Source: Epiperipatus broadwayi (taxonomy: Eukaryota > Animalia > Onychophora). From it: a DNA stretch of 64,000 nt. The stretch is from assembly GCA_028023455.1 (NCBI GenBank), contig JAQFVV010000006.1, positions 124,001-188,000 of the forward strand, written 5' to 3'. Position 1 is the stretch's first letter, and every line of letters starts with the position of its first letter. This document shows positions 50,575 to 62,850 of the stretch, piece by piece. The notes beneath the pieces are model-generated. The model had not been told where the DNA came from and did no database searches. It saw nothing but the letters and a program-made list of their open reading frames with translations. The position numbers and the translations under genes were made by a program.

Positions 50575-51721
50575 CTTAAAAAAAAAAAATATTAAAAAGT
50601 TGTATAATCAGTTGCGTGGGAGGTCATGTGATGTTTAAAAGAACAATAACTGCAGCAGTTTCCATTATTAATTTAGAAAATGACATTCATATCAAACTTT
50701 AATCAAATACTAGTAAAAATAAAGAATAGTCTGTAAATAGCCCACCCACTACGGATCAAAATATCCACAACAATCACTCATAGAAGTACAGTAAAAGAAA
50801 AAATCGTAACCAGGATTTGCCAATTATCAAATGGTGAGGGTCTGAACATTTTTCCATTCTTGTTTTATTCTCTATAATTAAGCCAGATTCAAACCCAGAT
50901 CGTAAGCAAAACAAGTGGACGTGCTATTATTAAAGACCATCGATAAAACATATGAAAATGTCTATCTTCTATTAAAAAAGAAATAATGACAAATGGAAAA
51001 ATAAAAAAAAACCCTCGAAAATAAAGATAGTGGTGACAAATCGGAGTTATCTTTTTAAATAACTCAACAACTATATTGTGAGCATATTTTATTTCTAATA
51101 TATTCTACTTATAAAAAAATTTACTAAGATTATTTGAAACATAGCAAGATTCAAATAAAACAATATGTTGAGAATAAAAAAAAATCTCATTCACGTTATT
51201 CAATTAACAAAAGCTGTTCTCTATCCTAGCACCATCTTTTATGAGTAATTAATGGATGTCAAATATTAATACATTTAAATGCCCATTCCCAGACAGGTTT
51301 CAGGCTTTTAATTTTATTTATGAGGACTTTTAAAACTAGAATCAATGCAATTATACATCTGTAAATCACCTTTAATTCTTTTTTTATTATTAAATTAAAA
51401 GCCTCAAATCCAAATACACTCTAAAGTTTTGACTCCAAGTCAATCTGCTTGAATAGTTAAAGGGATCTGATTGCAGGTCAGTATCTATATATTTAAATAA
51501 CCTCATTTCGTTTTTTAACTGCAGGCATCTTTTTTGAAGCTTACAATAGATGACACCAAAATGAAGAGCTGCTCCTGTTTGTAATATATTGTGGCAAAAC
51601 TATCCAACCTCAAGTAATTCAAAGGCTGCATTAAAATATTTATTTGCGGACCACAATCAAAATATAAAAAATAAAAGTTATGGTGTTTATAAAAGTTTTT
51701 GTTTACTAAACTACTTATATC

Positions 51722-52141
51722 AATCTTTGAACCACTAAACATCACATGATCACCATTCTTATGCTTGCTCATAACTGTTATTAAAACAGGCAAAACTCTC
51801 CAATGCAGTAGTGCCACTCAATGCAAGCCAGAGTAATCAATGGATTCCAGAAGGTTTGTGCATAAAATCCCTATCTAGTGCCTACTCATCCAATGTCCCC
51901 AGACTAGTTTCTAACTTGTGGCTTTCATCAATGAGGAGCCTTGGATATGAGAGCACTGCATCTATTCATCCCATATCCCCAGGCTCCTCACTGACGAAAG
52001 CCGCAAGCTAGAAACTAGTCTGGGGATATTGGATGAGTAGGCACTAGATAGAGATTTTATGCACAAGCCTTCTGGCATCCATTGATTACTCTGGCTTGCA
52101 CTGAGTGGCACTACTGTATGGAGAGTTTTGCCTGTTTTAAT
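51722..52141. repeat. Repeat family B, long palindrome (~170-bp arms, ~17-nt spacer) with two hammerhead motifs
   Basis: Arms 51781..51952 and 51970..52141; motifs at 51896..51937 (-, UUGAUGA variant) and 51985..52026 (+). Confidence 0.9.
51985..52026 (+). ncRNA. Minimal type I hammerhead ribozyme motif, family B
   Basis: UCCUCA CUGACGA A-AGC-CGCAA-GCU-A GAAA CUAGUC UGGGGA; helix II AGC/GCU covaries with GGC/GCC at 41.7 kb. Confidence 0.85.
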
Positions 52142-54269
52142 ATCAATTTTTGCAATGAATTTGCTAAAGAATTGACCACCAATAAGCATTCAATTCAAAT
52201 TCTTATTTTAAACTATTCACACAAAAAATTCAAACATTTGGGTAGGCCACACAAACTCTCATCATAGAGCACTGTGTTTTGAACTGCTCTATTCTATAGT
52301 AAGCAAAAGAATCGAGCTATGTGCTGCTCTTGATATCTCTGGTTAAGTCTTCACTGATAAGCAGAAGTCAGTCTGGGATTTAAATGCATAATCAAATGAT
52401 AGTCATTGATTACCCAAGACTGAAAATATAGTTATTAGAGTTGAGAGCTGCTGTCAGACTGTGGGAAACAAAAAAAAAAAGCGATGCTTGTTGGCATTTC
52501 AAATTGCTCACATGATGAAACTGCAATGGTAGTTATTGATTACCCAAGATTACAATAGATGGCACTATAATAGAAAGCTGCTGTTGGGTATAATACACTG
52601 TAGGAAGCAAAAGAACCAAGCAACGCTTGTTGGCATTCATAGTATTCACATTATGAGACTGCTATCTTTAATGTGAATTAAAGTATTTTAGTGATATTAA
52701 GGACTCATTTAAATTCATGTTGCACTCTAAAATTGATTTACTAGAATAAATTGTGTTAAAAGAGTGGCAAATGGTAGAAAACTACTACCAAAGGCAATCA
52801 AGCGTTACTGCTTAATCACAGGATTCTAATGCACAAAGGATATAATATACACACATATGCAGAGTTAAAGTAATAAAACTTTATTTTCTATTTACATCTA
52901 GTCAAAAATAAATATTTATGCTAAAAGGACAAACTACCCATCAGCCTACAATTTAGATATTTACATTTTTACAATTTAACTTGTTCAGCCTATACAAGAA
53001 GAGCAACCACAATAACCAATGATATTCCATTATGCAAATGGATTAGCTAGATTTCATTATTATGAGTTTATGATTAAGATCCATCTTCGAAGCTGAATAA
53101 AATAAAAATCACACAATGAAACAACTTTCTCCAACATTATAATAACCATCGTGATTTTCGACTGTAAGCACAGTAAAGGCGTCTCCAAGTTTATTACAGT
53201 TTTTACAACCCATGGTTTCTTTTCTTCACATTACCCCAACAAATTTCCTGATCTCATACAGTCTCTTTCTTCACCTTTTAAATAATCTCTCGGGATCCAG
53301 TTTAAGATTTCAGATTTCAAACTACTATAATCTCTCTTCTATTGATATGACCAGCTTAAATACATTTAAGCCCCTTAATTTGAATATCAGCGATCCTTGT
53401 TAACTCTCCCATCTGTGGGCTTCAATTTCAATCTCTTTTTTATAATTCCTGAAATCCAATAAAGATCAATTATTATTAAGCGAAAGTTATTCTGTCTTAA
53501 GAAAATTTTACATTTTAAAATATCTGTCAGACAGTTTGTCACCTGCAACATTATCTTAATTAATGTGATATTTATATAATGTCAAGTATGATGTTTTCTC
53601 AGAACAACTGATCCATGACTATAATAAAAGTATATAATTAAAATATTCAAACTTGTGTAGTTACATTTCGTTCTCTGCCCAAAGATGTGTAGAGCAACTA
53701 GGGAATAGGATACTACAACTGTGTGGGTCTTCCGTTGCATAACAAGTTACCTTAGTCTGCTTTGCATGATTTAGTGTGGTATTATAGTGGCAAACTTCGC
53801 GGCTAAAGGTCCACAAATTACAGCTTGATTCTGCTTCTTCTGGTGCTTGATATCATATGACTTCCTCGGAGACGACCCACTTGATTACTTTATTTTGCTT
53901 CAGAATATCAAGTAAAGTTTTAATATTCAAGTTTTTTTGATAATTATCTGAATTTGATGGAATTAACTCTAGCACCTAAAAATATAGTTGCCTAGAGAAC
54001 TAGAATTTTATATTATCTGGTAATTATACATCAGTTAATATTACTTTAGTATTGCAGTATTTAGATCTGCTAAAGGTTATGGCAACATCAAGGTGGCTTT
54101 GATGTTACACAAGAAAAGTTTAATATTTATCAAATCCAAAATATTGGTGACATCTATACTTCTTGCAAGTTCTTTACTCATCACAAATCTATAATATAGA
54201 CAGGTCAGTAACTTTGTTTTAAGAAATTATTGAAGTATATATTTATTTAAATACCTTTTTAGAGACTAT

Positions 54270-55380
54270 TAAATAGAAAGGATTTTCACCTTTTCACATA
54301 TATGCTGTACTAATTTATATAAGCTCAACGATGCTGTGTTGAGTGCAGGAAAACTCTCAAACCAGACATAAGATAAAGACATTATAAAAGGTAAGAGCGG
54401 CCATCTTATCTTTAACTTAAATTCTTATTGTCTTGGTTTGAGAGAGTGAAGACGTTACTCTGTTCACTTTTACATCGATTAGTTTCTTTCGTATATTAAT
54501 ATATGCAAAATCTTTTGATTTATTACGAGTCAATTTTAAAAATTAATAATAAAGCTGGAATTTGTTTATCAAGTGCATAGTACTTATGTAATTAATAGAA
54601 AAGATTTTATCTTTTCACATATGCGCTGTACTAATTTATATAGGCTCAACAGTGCTGTGTTGAGTATAAAAAAACTCTCAAACCCAAGCACAAAATAGAG
54701 ACTTATAAAGATAAGAGCAGCTATCTTATGTTTAACCTAAATTCTGATTTTATATAGGTCAATCTGAAGCATCTTGGATTGAGAGTGAAGATTTACTCTT
54801 CATTTTTACACCTCAAATGGATGTAAAAGTCAACAGAGTAACATCTTCACTTTCTCAAACCAAGACGCTTCAGCCTATATAAATCAGAATTTAGTTTAAA
54901 GATAATACAGCTGCTCTTATCTTTATATAAAGTCTCTATCTTGTGTTTGGGTTTGAGAGTTTTCCTGTACTCAACACAGCATCATTGAGTTTTATAATAG
55001 CACATATGTGAAAATCTGTTCTACTTAATTACATAATACTATGAGCTTGATAAATAAATTTCAGCGATACCTAATTTCAATTAATTCTTAAAACTGATTC
55101 GCAGTAAATCGAAAGATTTTGGGTATATTAATATACGAAAGGCAACTAAGGGTTGTAAAAGTAAACATAGTAACACCTTCCCTCTCTCAAACCAAGATGT
55201 TTCAGATTGGCCTACATAAATCAGAATTTAGGTTAAAGACAAGATGGTCGCTCTTATCTTTATAGAGTCTCTATCTCATGTTTGGGTTTGAGAGTTTTCC
55301 TGTACTCAAAAGAGCATCGTTGAGCTTATATAAATTAGTACAGCACATATGTGAAAAAGAGAAAATACTTTCTATTTGAT
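54270..55380. repeat. Repeat family C: ~1.1-kb imperfect palindrome made of two tandem ~320-340-bp units per arm
   Basis: ttttcacatat.gctgtactaatttatata occurs at 54291 and 54612, with reverse complements ending near 55014 and 55357; centre ~54815. Confidence 0.9.
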
Positions 55381-56399
55381 TACATACATACATACTATAC
55401 GCTTGATAAATTTCAGCATTATATAAGTCTAAAATATTATAAATGAGAGCAAGAAAGTAATACACAATCATTATGTTTAGTTCGAAACCCAGTAATTAAA
55501 TGAGTAGTAGCTCCTGGGAAGAGAATCGAATGTTACATAAAATAAATACAAAACTCCAAAATGAAATAAATTAAAATGAATTTTATTTTCAATTAATGTT
55601 TATAAGCAATAAGTGGTATATTAGCAATGATAACGCTTGTATCAATGGTAGACAAATATATTCATTTATATTTATGAGGTTTTATAATATTTATTATTTA
55701 CAGTACTTATTTGCAATACCTTTTCAAGCTTTGGAAGCTTATTAACTTATAATAAAGACTGGATATACCTGTAAACTGAATCCTATATCCTTTTTCCGCA
55801 CTTTCAGTTAGTAGTCCTCCTATTGATTCACTAGACCGGTGGCTATCCTTTTATTATTATTAAAATCTTGTTCCCTGAAGTAATCATTAGTTCACATGAA
55901 GGTTTTCCACTATTATAGCCTTTGCTTAATATGTGTTTAAATGTTAAGCACACACTGCAAAAATAAAGTTAGTAACTTTTGTATATTATGTACATCTCTT
56001 TGTTCTTATACTTTTTAAATTGTAAATTTTGTTTAGCCAAAATTTTTATAGCTTAATGTTATTTCACAATTTAATATATAATTTATTTGACCTACAAATA
56101 AAAGTATATGATACTATTACAACTGGATGGATGAAAACTCGCTGCGCTAGTAGTTTTATAACATGCATTGTCTCCAAAAACTCTAAACCCCGATTTGTCA
56201 CATGCAGATTAATCCTTTCTTCTTAATGGCTTACTCAAATAACAAACCAACATCTTGTTACCTAAATTGATACCCAAACACTGTTACGTAAATTGATATT
56301 TCTTAAAATATTGTGTACAATTGACAAAACTTTTGTAAATCTGTATTATATAGAAGATTTAAATCCTGAAATGTGTTTTTGTACTACCATATTAAAAAC

Positions 56400-57340
56400 A
56401 TAGAACAATTATTAAAAGTTCAAAGGGGAGTAGGAAGACATGCATTGGATGCAGATGTATGGACAGCAAGGGAGGCAATTCAAGGAGAAATGGGATGGTC
56501 AAGTTTTCATATGAGAGTGCAAAAAGTAAAATGAAAATGTTTGGTATATTGCAGCTTATAGATAATAAAAGAATAGCCAAAATAGTATTTAATTGGGTTA
56601 TGACTAAAGGGCAGGCAATAAGATGGGTGAGAAAGGTAATGCAATATGCAAAGGATTTGGATAAAGAATTTATATCAGTATATTTGTACAAAAGATGGGA
56701 TGATTGTGTTAGGATGATTGTGTTAGGAGGATTGTTGAGTCTTATAATGGTAAGGAATGGGATAAAAGAATAGATTTATTAATAAAGAATAGGGAGTTAG
56801 AGAGATGGAGAACTAGTATGGAGAGTAAAAAGAGTTTAAATATATAGAAATAAACAGAATATTAGAAGTGAGTTAATATATGATAATAGTAAGGAAAGTA
56901 GTTTATTGTCTAAGGCTCGAACGGGATCTTTAGTAACAAAAGAATATACATGTAAATGAAAAATATGGGTGATTTAGTCTGTAAATTATGTAAGGAATGA
57001 ATAGAAAATATTAGGCCATCTATTAATTGAATGTAAATGCTTGAAAACAGAGAGGGTACATATAATGAAGTTATGGAAGAATAAATATGAGAAAAGTGAT
57101 TATACAGAAAGTGGATTATTGGTTTTTATGCTGGGTTTGGGAAAAGATAAGGGGATTTAGATATAAAGGCCATAGAGTTGACAAAGATTATGTTGTGGAA
57201 ATGGGATGGAGCAGAATATGGGAAAACTTAAGAGTGGGAAATGGAAAATAAAATGGCTAACAGGTTTTTCTGGGCATAATTGTCGAGATTCTTGACTTCG
57301 TTTAAGGAGAAACTACAATACCTCACATCACATCACATCA
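56400..57340 (+). mobile_element. Decayed LINE 3' end (post-RT region, CCHC remnant, (ACATC)n tail)
   Basis: RIAKIVFNW...; LLSKARTGSL...CKLCKE remnant; tail cacatcacatcacatca. Confidence 0.65.
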
Positions 57341-57882
57341 TGTCTACCTTCCATTATTTTACTCAGTGCTTATATTTTTACAAAAAAAAATTCAATATTA
57401 TTAATACATATTTTCTTTCTGGGTACTAAATCTTGATATCATTCAATAAAAGTTTCAAGTACATACTTGATAATTAGTATTGATTTTATAGCAATTCAGA
57501 ATGGGGATTTCGGTGCTTTAGTCTTGTAAACTGAAATCTGTTAGCAATAAATGGATCTATTCTTGGCATAGCTCTTGAAAACTACTGAAATATAAAATAT
57601 CCTACAGGCTTCAAATCATAAACATCGGATTTTATAATCATTCAATGATAATATTAATGACTAAGCCATTATTCTGATGTTAAAAACACAAAAATTTTAA
57701 CTTTTTTGATTAAACAACAATAAAAGTACAAAACGATTTGTTTTAAGTAGTGGAAGGAGTTCTGAAGAAGACTGTTGGATTATCAAAATTGTCAGCTATT
57801 TCATAAGTTAGAAATAAAAGATTGTATCTGCATCGTGTAAAGTGCAAAGAAAGAATGTATTAGTACTGTTTGTTTACATTAC

Positions 57883-57972
57883 CTGAACATGAGAGCGAAG
57901 GGCATTTGGTGCCCATTTGACAGCTTCTTGGAAAAAAGCATGGCACTGGGATGTAAAATCTCGAACAATGCT
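57883..57972 (-). CDS. PI4KA: PI4KA exon (SIVRDFTSQCHAFFQEAVKWAPNALRSHVQ), 90 nt
   Basis: Acceptor gttgcag, donor gtaatg; resembles human SIVKDF...QEAMKWAPTVTKSHLQ. Confidence 0.95.
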
Positions 57973-58129
57973 CTGCAACAAGTATAAAAGATCACAAGAA
58001 ATATAGTCTTTTTAGTATGAAACTGCATAGAAATAAAACTGCATATAAGGACAATTAATTCTTAAGGTTACAATTTGTGTTTGTGTATATATATATGTGT
58101 GTGTAGGCAATCATTTATATAATTTTACA

Positions 58130-59330
58130 TTATGTCCATAATCGTCCTTAGCCAAAAGACATGATCACACACCAAAGCAGACCACCTTCTTCAAAATCCT
58201 TCTATCTCTTTCTCTACTTTATAAATATTAATAGCTATTTCCCTATTTAAGATCATCTTTTCTCTTTCTTTATTTTAGCCTCTACAATATTTCTAACTTA
58301 TCTTTTACAATTCCTTTGTTCCAAAGTATATACCTAATCGAACTCCTATTTCTCTTCATAATTTCAATACATTTTATTTCTTTACTCTTTTCAAAATTTA
58401 TATACTGCTATTATATCCTTCCTATTCATCTCTTTAATTCTTTCCCAAATTAATATCTCTAAATCTCCAAACTTTTCCTTCAGTCTTTTCCTAATTATTT
58501 AGGTCTTTGCTCCATATAAAGTTAAACTTTAATATGCTTTTTGTCTTAAATTTAATATTAATGGACCATAAAATAACTTCTTATCTTTATTAAAGCCTGT
58601 TTTGTAATTCTATTTCCTATAATACTTTTCCATTCTTATGTCAACCAGTTATCCAACTTGTCAAACAACATAATTATGTTAACTTCCTGTAGAATATTCC
58701 TCTTAATATTCTCATCTCATCACCTATTTCCATTGTTTTTTATATTCAACATAAATCTTCAAGCTCTATCAATCTAGGACATTTTGTTAAACTGATTCTC
58801 TAAAGTAGTTTCAGATTACCATCAAATATGTTACAATAAATCCTCCTATCTCTATTTATCAAAACAATATTCAATGAATATAATTTATATACATATATAT
58901 TAAATCTTATCCATTTCTATATTTATTTCTTCTGTAAGACTATGTAACCTTATCTTCTGAACATATACAGGTTACCTAATAAAAATATCTTCTTCCAAAC
59001 TACATATGTTTTTTTTTTTCAAAATAACCAATAAAGCAACTCAATGAACCAAATGCCTTTTCGAAACCACTAAATCTCTTATTTATATATTAACAAGAGT
59101 CACTTCTACTTTAGTGCCATCTATTGTAAGCTTCAGTAATCAATGATTACCAGATGGCAATGCATACAAATTCCTATCCATAATTTTTCTACGTATAATC
59201 TCATTTCCATTCTCTATATATGCATCTCAACAATTACATTTCTAGTCCCTCTATCTTTTTAAAATTTAAACTGCAAAATCACATCTCTCCATTTACAACT
59301 CAACAATGCTTTCATTTCATTAGAAATTAA
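58130..59330 (-). mobile_element. Heavily decayed LINE RT fragment
   Basis: FEKAF-like remnant at ~59055..59070 on the minus strand; purine-rich coding-like texture with many stops. Confidence 0.4.
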
Positions 59331-61644
59331 GCCAATTGTTCACAATATCCATATTTTATTGCATTAAGACTTTTCTCTGTTAGAATCATAATTATTGATG
59401 TGAAATTTAATACACATATACCTGAGCCAAAGATTGTATTTCAAATGTCAATCACTTTTCTTAAATACTTTTCCCTCCTAAGCCTTTTATAATTAAATTC
59501 ATTGAAATTTCATTTAATACTATGTTCTTCAGCATTTTTCATTTCTTTAATGTCCAACCTTTATTATTGCACTTCTTCTTCCAATTGATAAAGACCGAAA
59601 GTGATTAACTACAGACCATGGGGGTGGGGAGGAATACGTGCAGGCTGCAATAACAACATGTGTGGCCCACAGCCTATGTACAATTAGAAGATTTTTAAAA
59701 AAAATTTTACCATAAAAATATTACGTAAATCTTTTTGCATATTACACCAGTTTTAGAGTTATCAATAAACTGGAATTTGAGTCGTGTTAAGCCATAAATT
59801 CCCATGAAAGAATGCTGTTCCCCAACAATGGGCATCTAAGTTAGCCCACAAAGATTGTGACATTAAAATTTCAATACAAAATTTTGTTCCATTCTTGAGT
59901 GACCATGAGAACAAAATTTGATCACATATTAACATACACACACACACATATAAGACAATGGACATTATCCTAAAATTGTCCAATGGATTTTAAAAGTTTA
60001 TTTTATGAAAATTCATTGAAATTAAAGTTGTTTTTTGATATGATTGTTACACTTTTCTTACTATGAGTATCTTGTGAATCAGAAAGTAAAAACATTTCTT
60101 TATATACGGCCCATTGAAGACTTTACAGAAATTCATGTAGTCTGTGGTCAGCATAGTTACCCCACTTCTGATATAAACAACTGTTATTTCTATTGTACAA
60201 ATCACTTAAACAGTATATTCTTTCTATCTTTGCAATTCGTTCATTTTCTTTAATAATAATTTCCCATTTTATCTTTAATTATTGTTCCACTCCAATGATT
60301 CTGCTTTTCGCATTCAAATTTACTTTATTCCACCATACTAAATAAAGCAGATCTTTTTTTTTGTAATTCCTCTATCACCCTTCACTCCCATTCTAATCAC
60401 TATTTCGCTTATCCGCCTCATTTCTCTATTCACTATTAAACCTTCTATGCATACTTCTGTACAAGAGTCATCTTTTTCTTACCACTTAATTGCTTTTTTT
60501 TTTCTGCACTCTTACTTCTTCCATAACATATAATCTTTAATATGGCCGCTTTTAATCTTTCTCCAAATAATCCCCATATTTTATTTGAACTTACTATTGT
60601 TATAACAATTACGGTAATAAGCCTATTGTTATGAAATCCATAAGAAATTCAAGTACCAGAAGTGCCGGAGCTGGATTACGATCAGGGATCTTGAGCTTCA
60701 ATCTCCCACTCTACCGCCGCACCACACAATACCAACTTTAAATTTACCAATGACATAACTATTATTTATATTTATTTTCTTACCTAATATGACAATTTTT
60801 CTCTAATATTCCCTTTCCGTTTGTCATCCCTCCCTCCAATCACATAGTATCAACTCTGTAATTAGTGAATTATGATTCAAATCCATATCAGTTCCTGGAA
60901 GTGTGTATAATTTCATAGCACAGTTACTAAGTCTACCGCTCATGAAAAAGTATTCTAATTTAAGTATAATCTCATCCTGTGGACTTCAGGAAAAATACTC
61001 CGGTGATTTTTGGAATTATTGATACCATGTGACTTACTTATTACAAGAACTCAATTTTTTATCTCTATAATTTTGTGAAAAATAAAATAACCAAGCGATT
61101 AAGTGTCCATGAAATATGATATCTCTCCTATTAATAATGAACAATTGTATTTTCATCTGACCAATCCTGGATTAACCTAAAACTATTACCAGCTAATAAT
61201 AACTAAATATCCATCGGCTAGCTGAATTAGCTATGGTCATGTTTATCCGGGGAAAAAAATTTCAAAACCTATTTATGAGTGGGAAAATTTTCAATATTTG
61301 CCTGGCGTAAGTTTGATTTGCAGGTCATAGGCATGACAGGTGAATTTTCTAATCTATACTATAGATCCGTATATCATTTTTTACCACAAACCATAAATCT
61401 GCTATTTTATTATCACTTCTTTATCACAACACAGCATACTTTTACTATTTGATGACAATTTTTGTATTCTTTTTCAATTGCTGCAAACGTGATTTTAATC
61501 TCATCATCATGGTCATTAATTGGCATGAATATATGAATAATCATTACATCATTGAAGAACCACTTTAAATCTCACCAACATCAATATATCATTTATAAAA
61601 GCTAATATTAAAACACTGGCAATGTAAGAGTTATTAAAGATTAC

Positions 61645-61728
61645 CTCTCTTGCTTCCATAGTATCCGTCAACCTTATAGAAAATGGTGTACCCGCAACTG
61701 GTAAGTCAAGGCATTCTTCATTTGGATC
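61645..61728 (-). CDS. PI4KA: PI4KA exon (DPNEECLDLPVAGTPFSIRLTDTMEARE), 84 nt, phase 0/0
   Basis: Acceptor tttttatag, donor gtaatc; resembles human PYRITVPDTYEARE. Confidence 0.9.
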
Positions 61729-61988
61729 CTATAAAAAAATAAAATAAAGCTAAACTATAAATTTTAATAATAAATAAAGAGTTTATATGCATAACCAAAT
61801 AATTTTTTATTTTATTTTTTAAAAAAATCTTTATTACTATAATTTATACAATCATGTAAATAATCTCAAAGAGATATCAGCTTCAATTTGTTTTTACGAC
61901 AACTGCCATCTACATATGTGTAAAAAAAAATGACAAATCGCTCTGCAGGATACATGCATTTTAGGAATAACTTCCTTCATCAGCTAAC

Positions 61989-62850
61989 TTGGAGCACTAT
62001 AAAGGCTGCTTGATTTATATTATTATTTTAATGGAACATTTTAGTAACAAAATTAAAAAAATCACCTATTGGGGTGCTTACGCCCTAGCTATAAATAACG
62101 ATTTAAATCCCCCACCTGCCCTGGGAATTACAATAAAGAAGATCATAAAAAAGTTTAGATACTGGCATATGGAGTCCAAACATTTGGTCTTCATAATTAA
62201 ATTAAATCTCACTGCACTGCCAACAAATCATTTTCTGGTCATGCAGAGGGTTTTAACCAAAATTGATTCGACATGTCCACTTTGCAAACAAGAAGAAGAA
62301 ACCATTGAACATGTCCTTCATACATGTCAATATTTGAACCCCATCAGAAAATTCATCGTCCTTCATACATGTCAATATTTGAACCCCATTAGAAAATTCA
62401 TCACAGCTTGTACCAAAATTAATCCTAAGGAAATTTTTTCAATTAAAGCCACTATAATAAAAGGACACTTCCCTGTAATCAGGATCGCAACTTTCCCCAC
62501 TTTTGCCATCTGGTTATTAAGATGTCCATTAATCTTCAAAAAATAATAACTGTGATTTAATCTCTACATTTTGTAAGATCATAGAGAAAATCAAGACAAG
62601 AGACCGAATAGTAGCTCCCATGGGAATATTTAATGATACCTGGGCTATTTACCAGTTGCCTAAAACCTGAACATTCCACTCCCAAAAAATCCAAGAACAC
62701 TTAATTATGAACAATCCCTTGCAGCCTCAAGCTCAATTAGGTATCACTGGAGGTTTAAACACAAGATTAACCACAGACAGCAATGCTGAATATCCATAAA
62801 AAACATTGTATTCATACTGTATTTCTAATTGACCAATAAATTCTATTTTA
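61989..62850 (+). mobile_element. LINE 3' end (L1/Tx1-like C-terminal zinc finger) with 3' UTR and AATAAA
   Basis: ALPTN...TCPLCKQEEETIEHVLHTC is the typical C-terminal CCHC of non-LTR RT proteins; AATAAA lies at ~62836. Confidence 0.75.

Larger units (their letters stand above)
8206..61728 (-). other. PI4KA: Internal part of phosphatidylinositol 4-kinase alpha gene (13 coding exons traced, 1461 nt, 487 codons)
   Basis: The 13 exons join in frame through GT-AG introns with matching phases. The joined peptide carries PI4KA-specific stretches in the expected order ([74 protein letters not shown]), compared from memory with human PI4KA. Confidence 0.95.

Noticed and set aside
41563-52267. Repeated peptide WMPEGLCIKSLSSAYSSN in several track ORFs
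   Set aside because: These are incidental translations of non-coding family B; frames and stops differ among copies.
54300-54360. Hammerhead core in family C (cgatg-ctg...cag-gaaa)
   Set aside because: No CUGA, and the pattern is not kept in the second unit.
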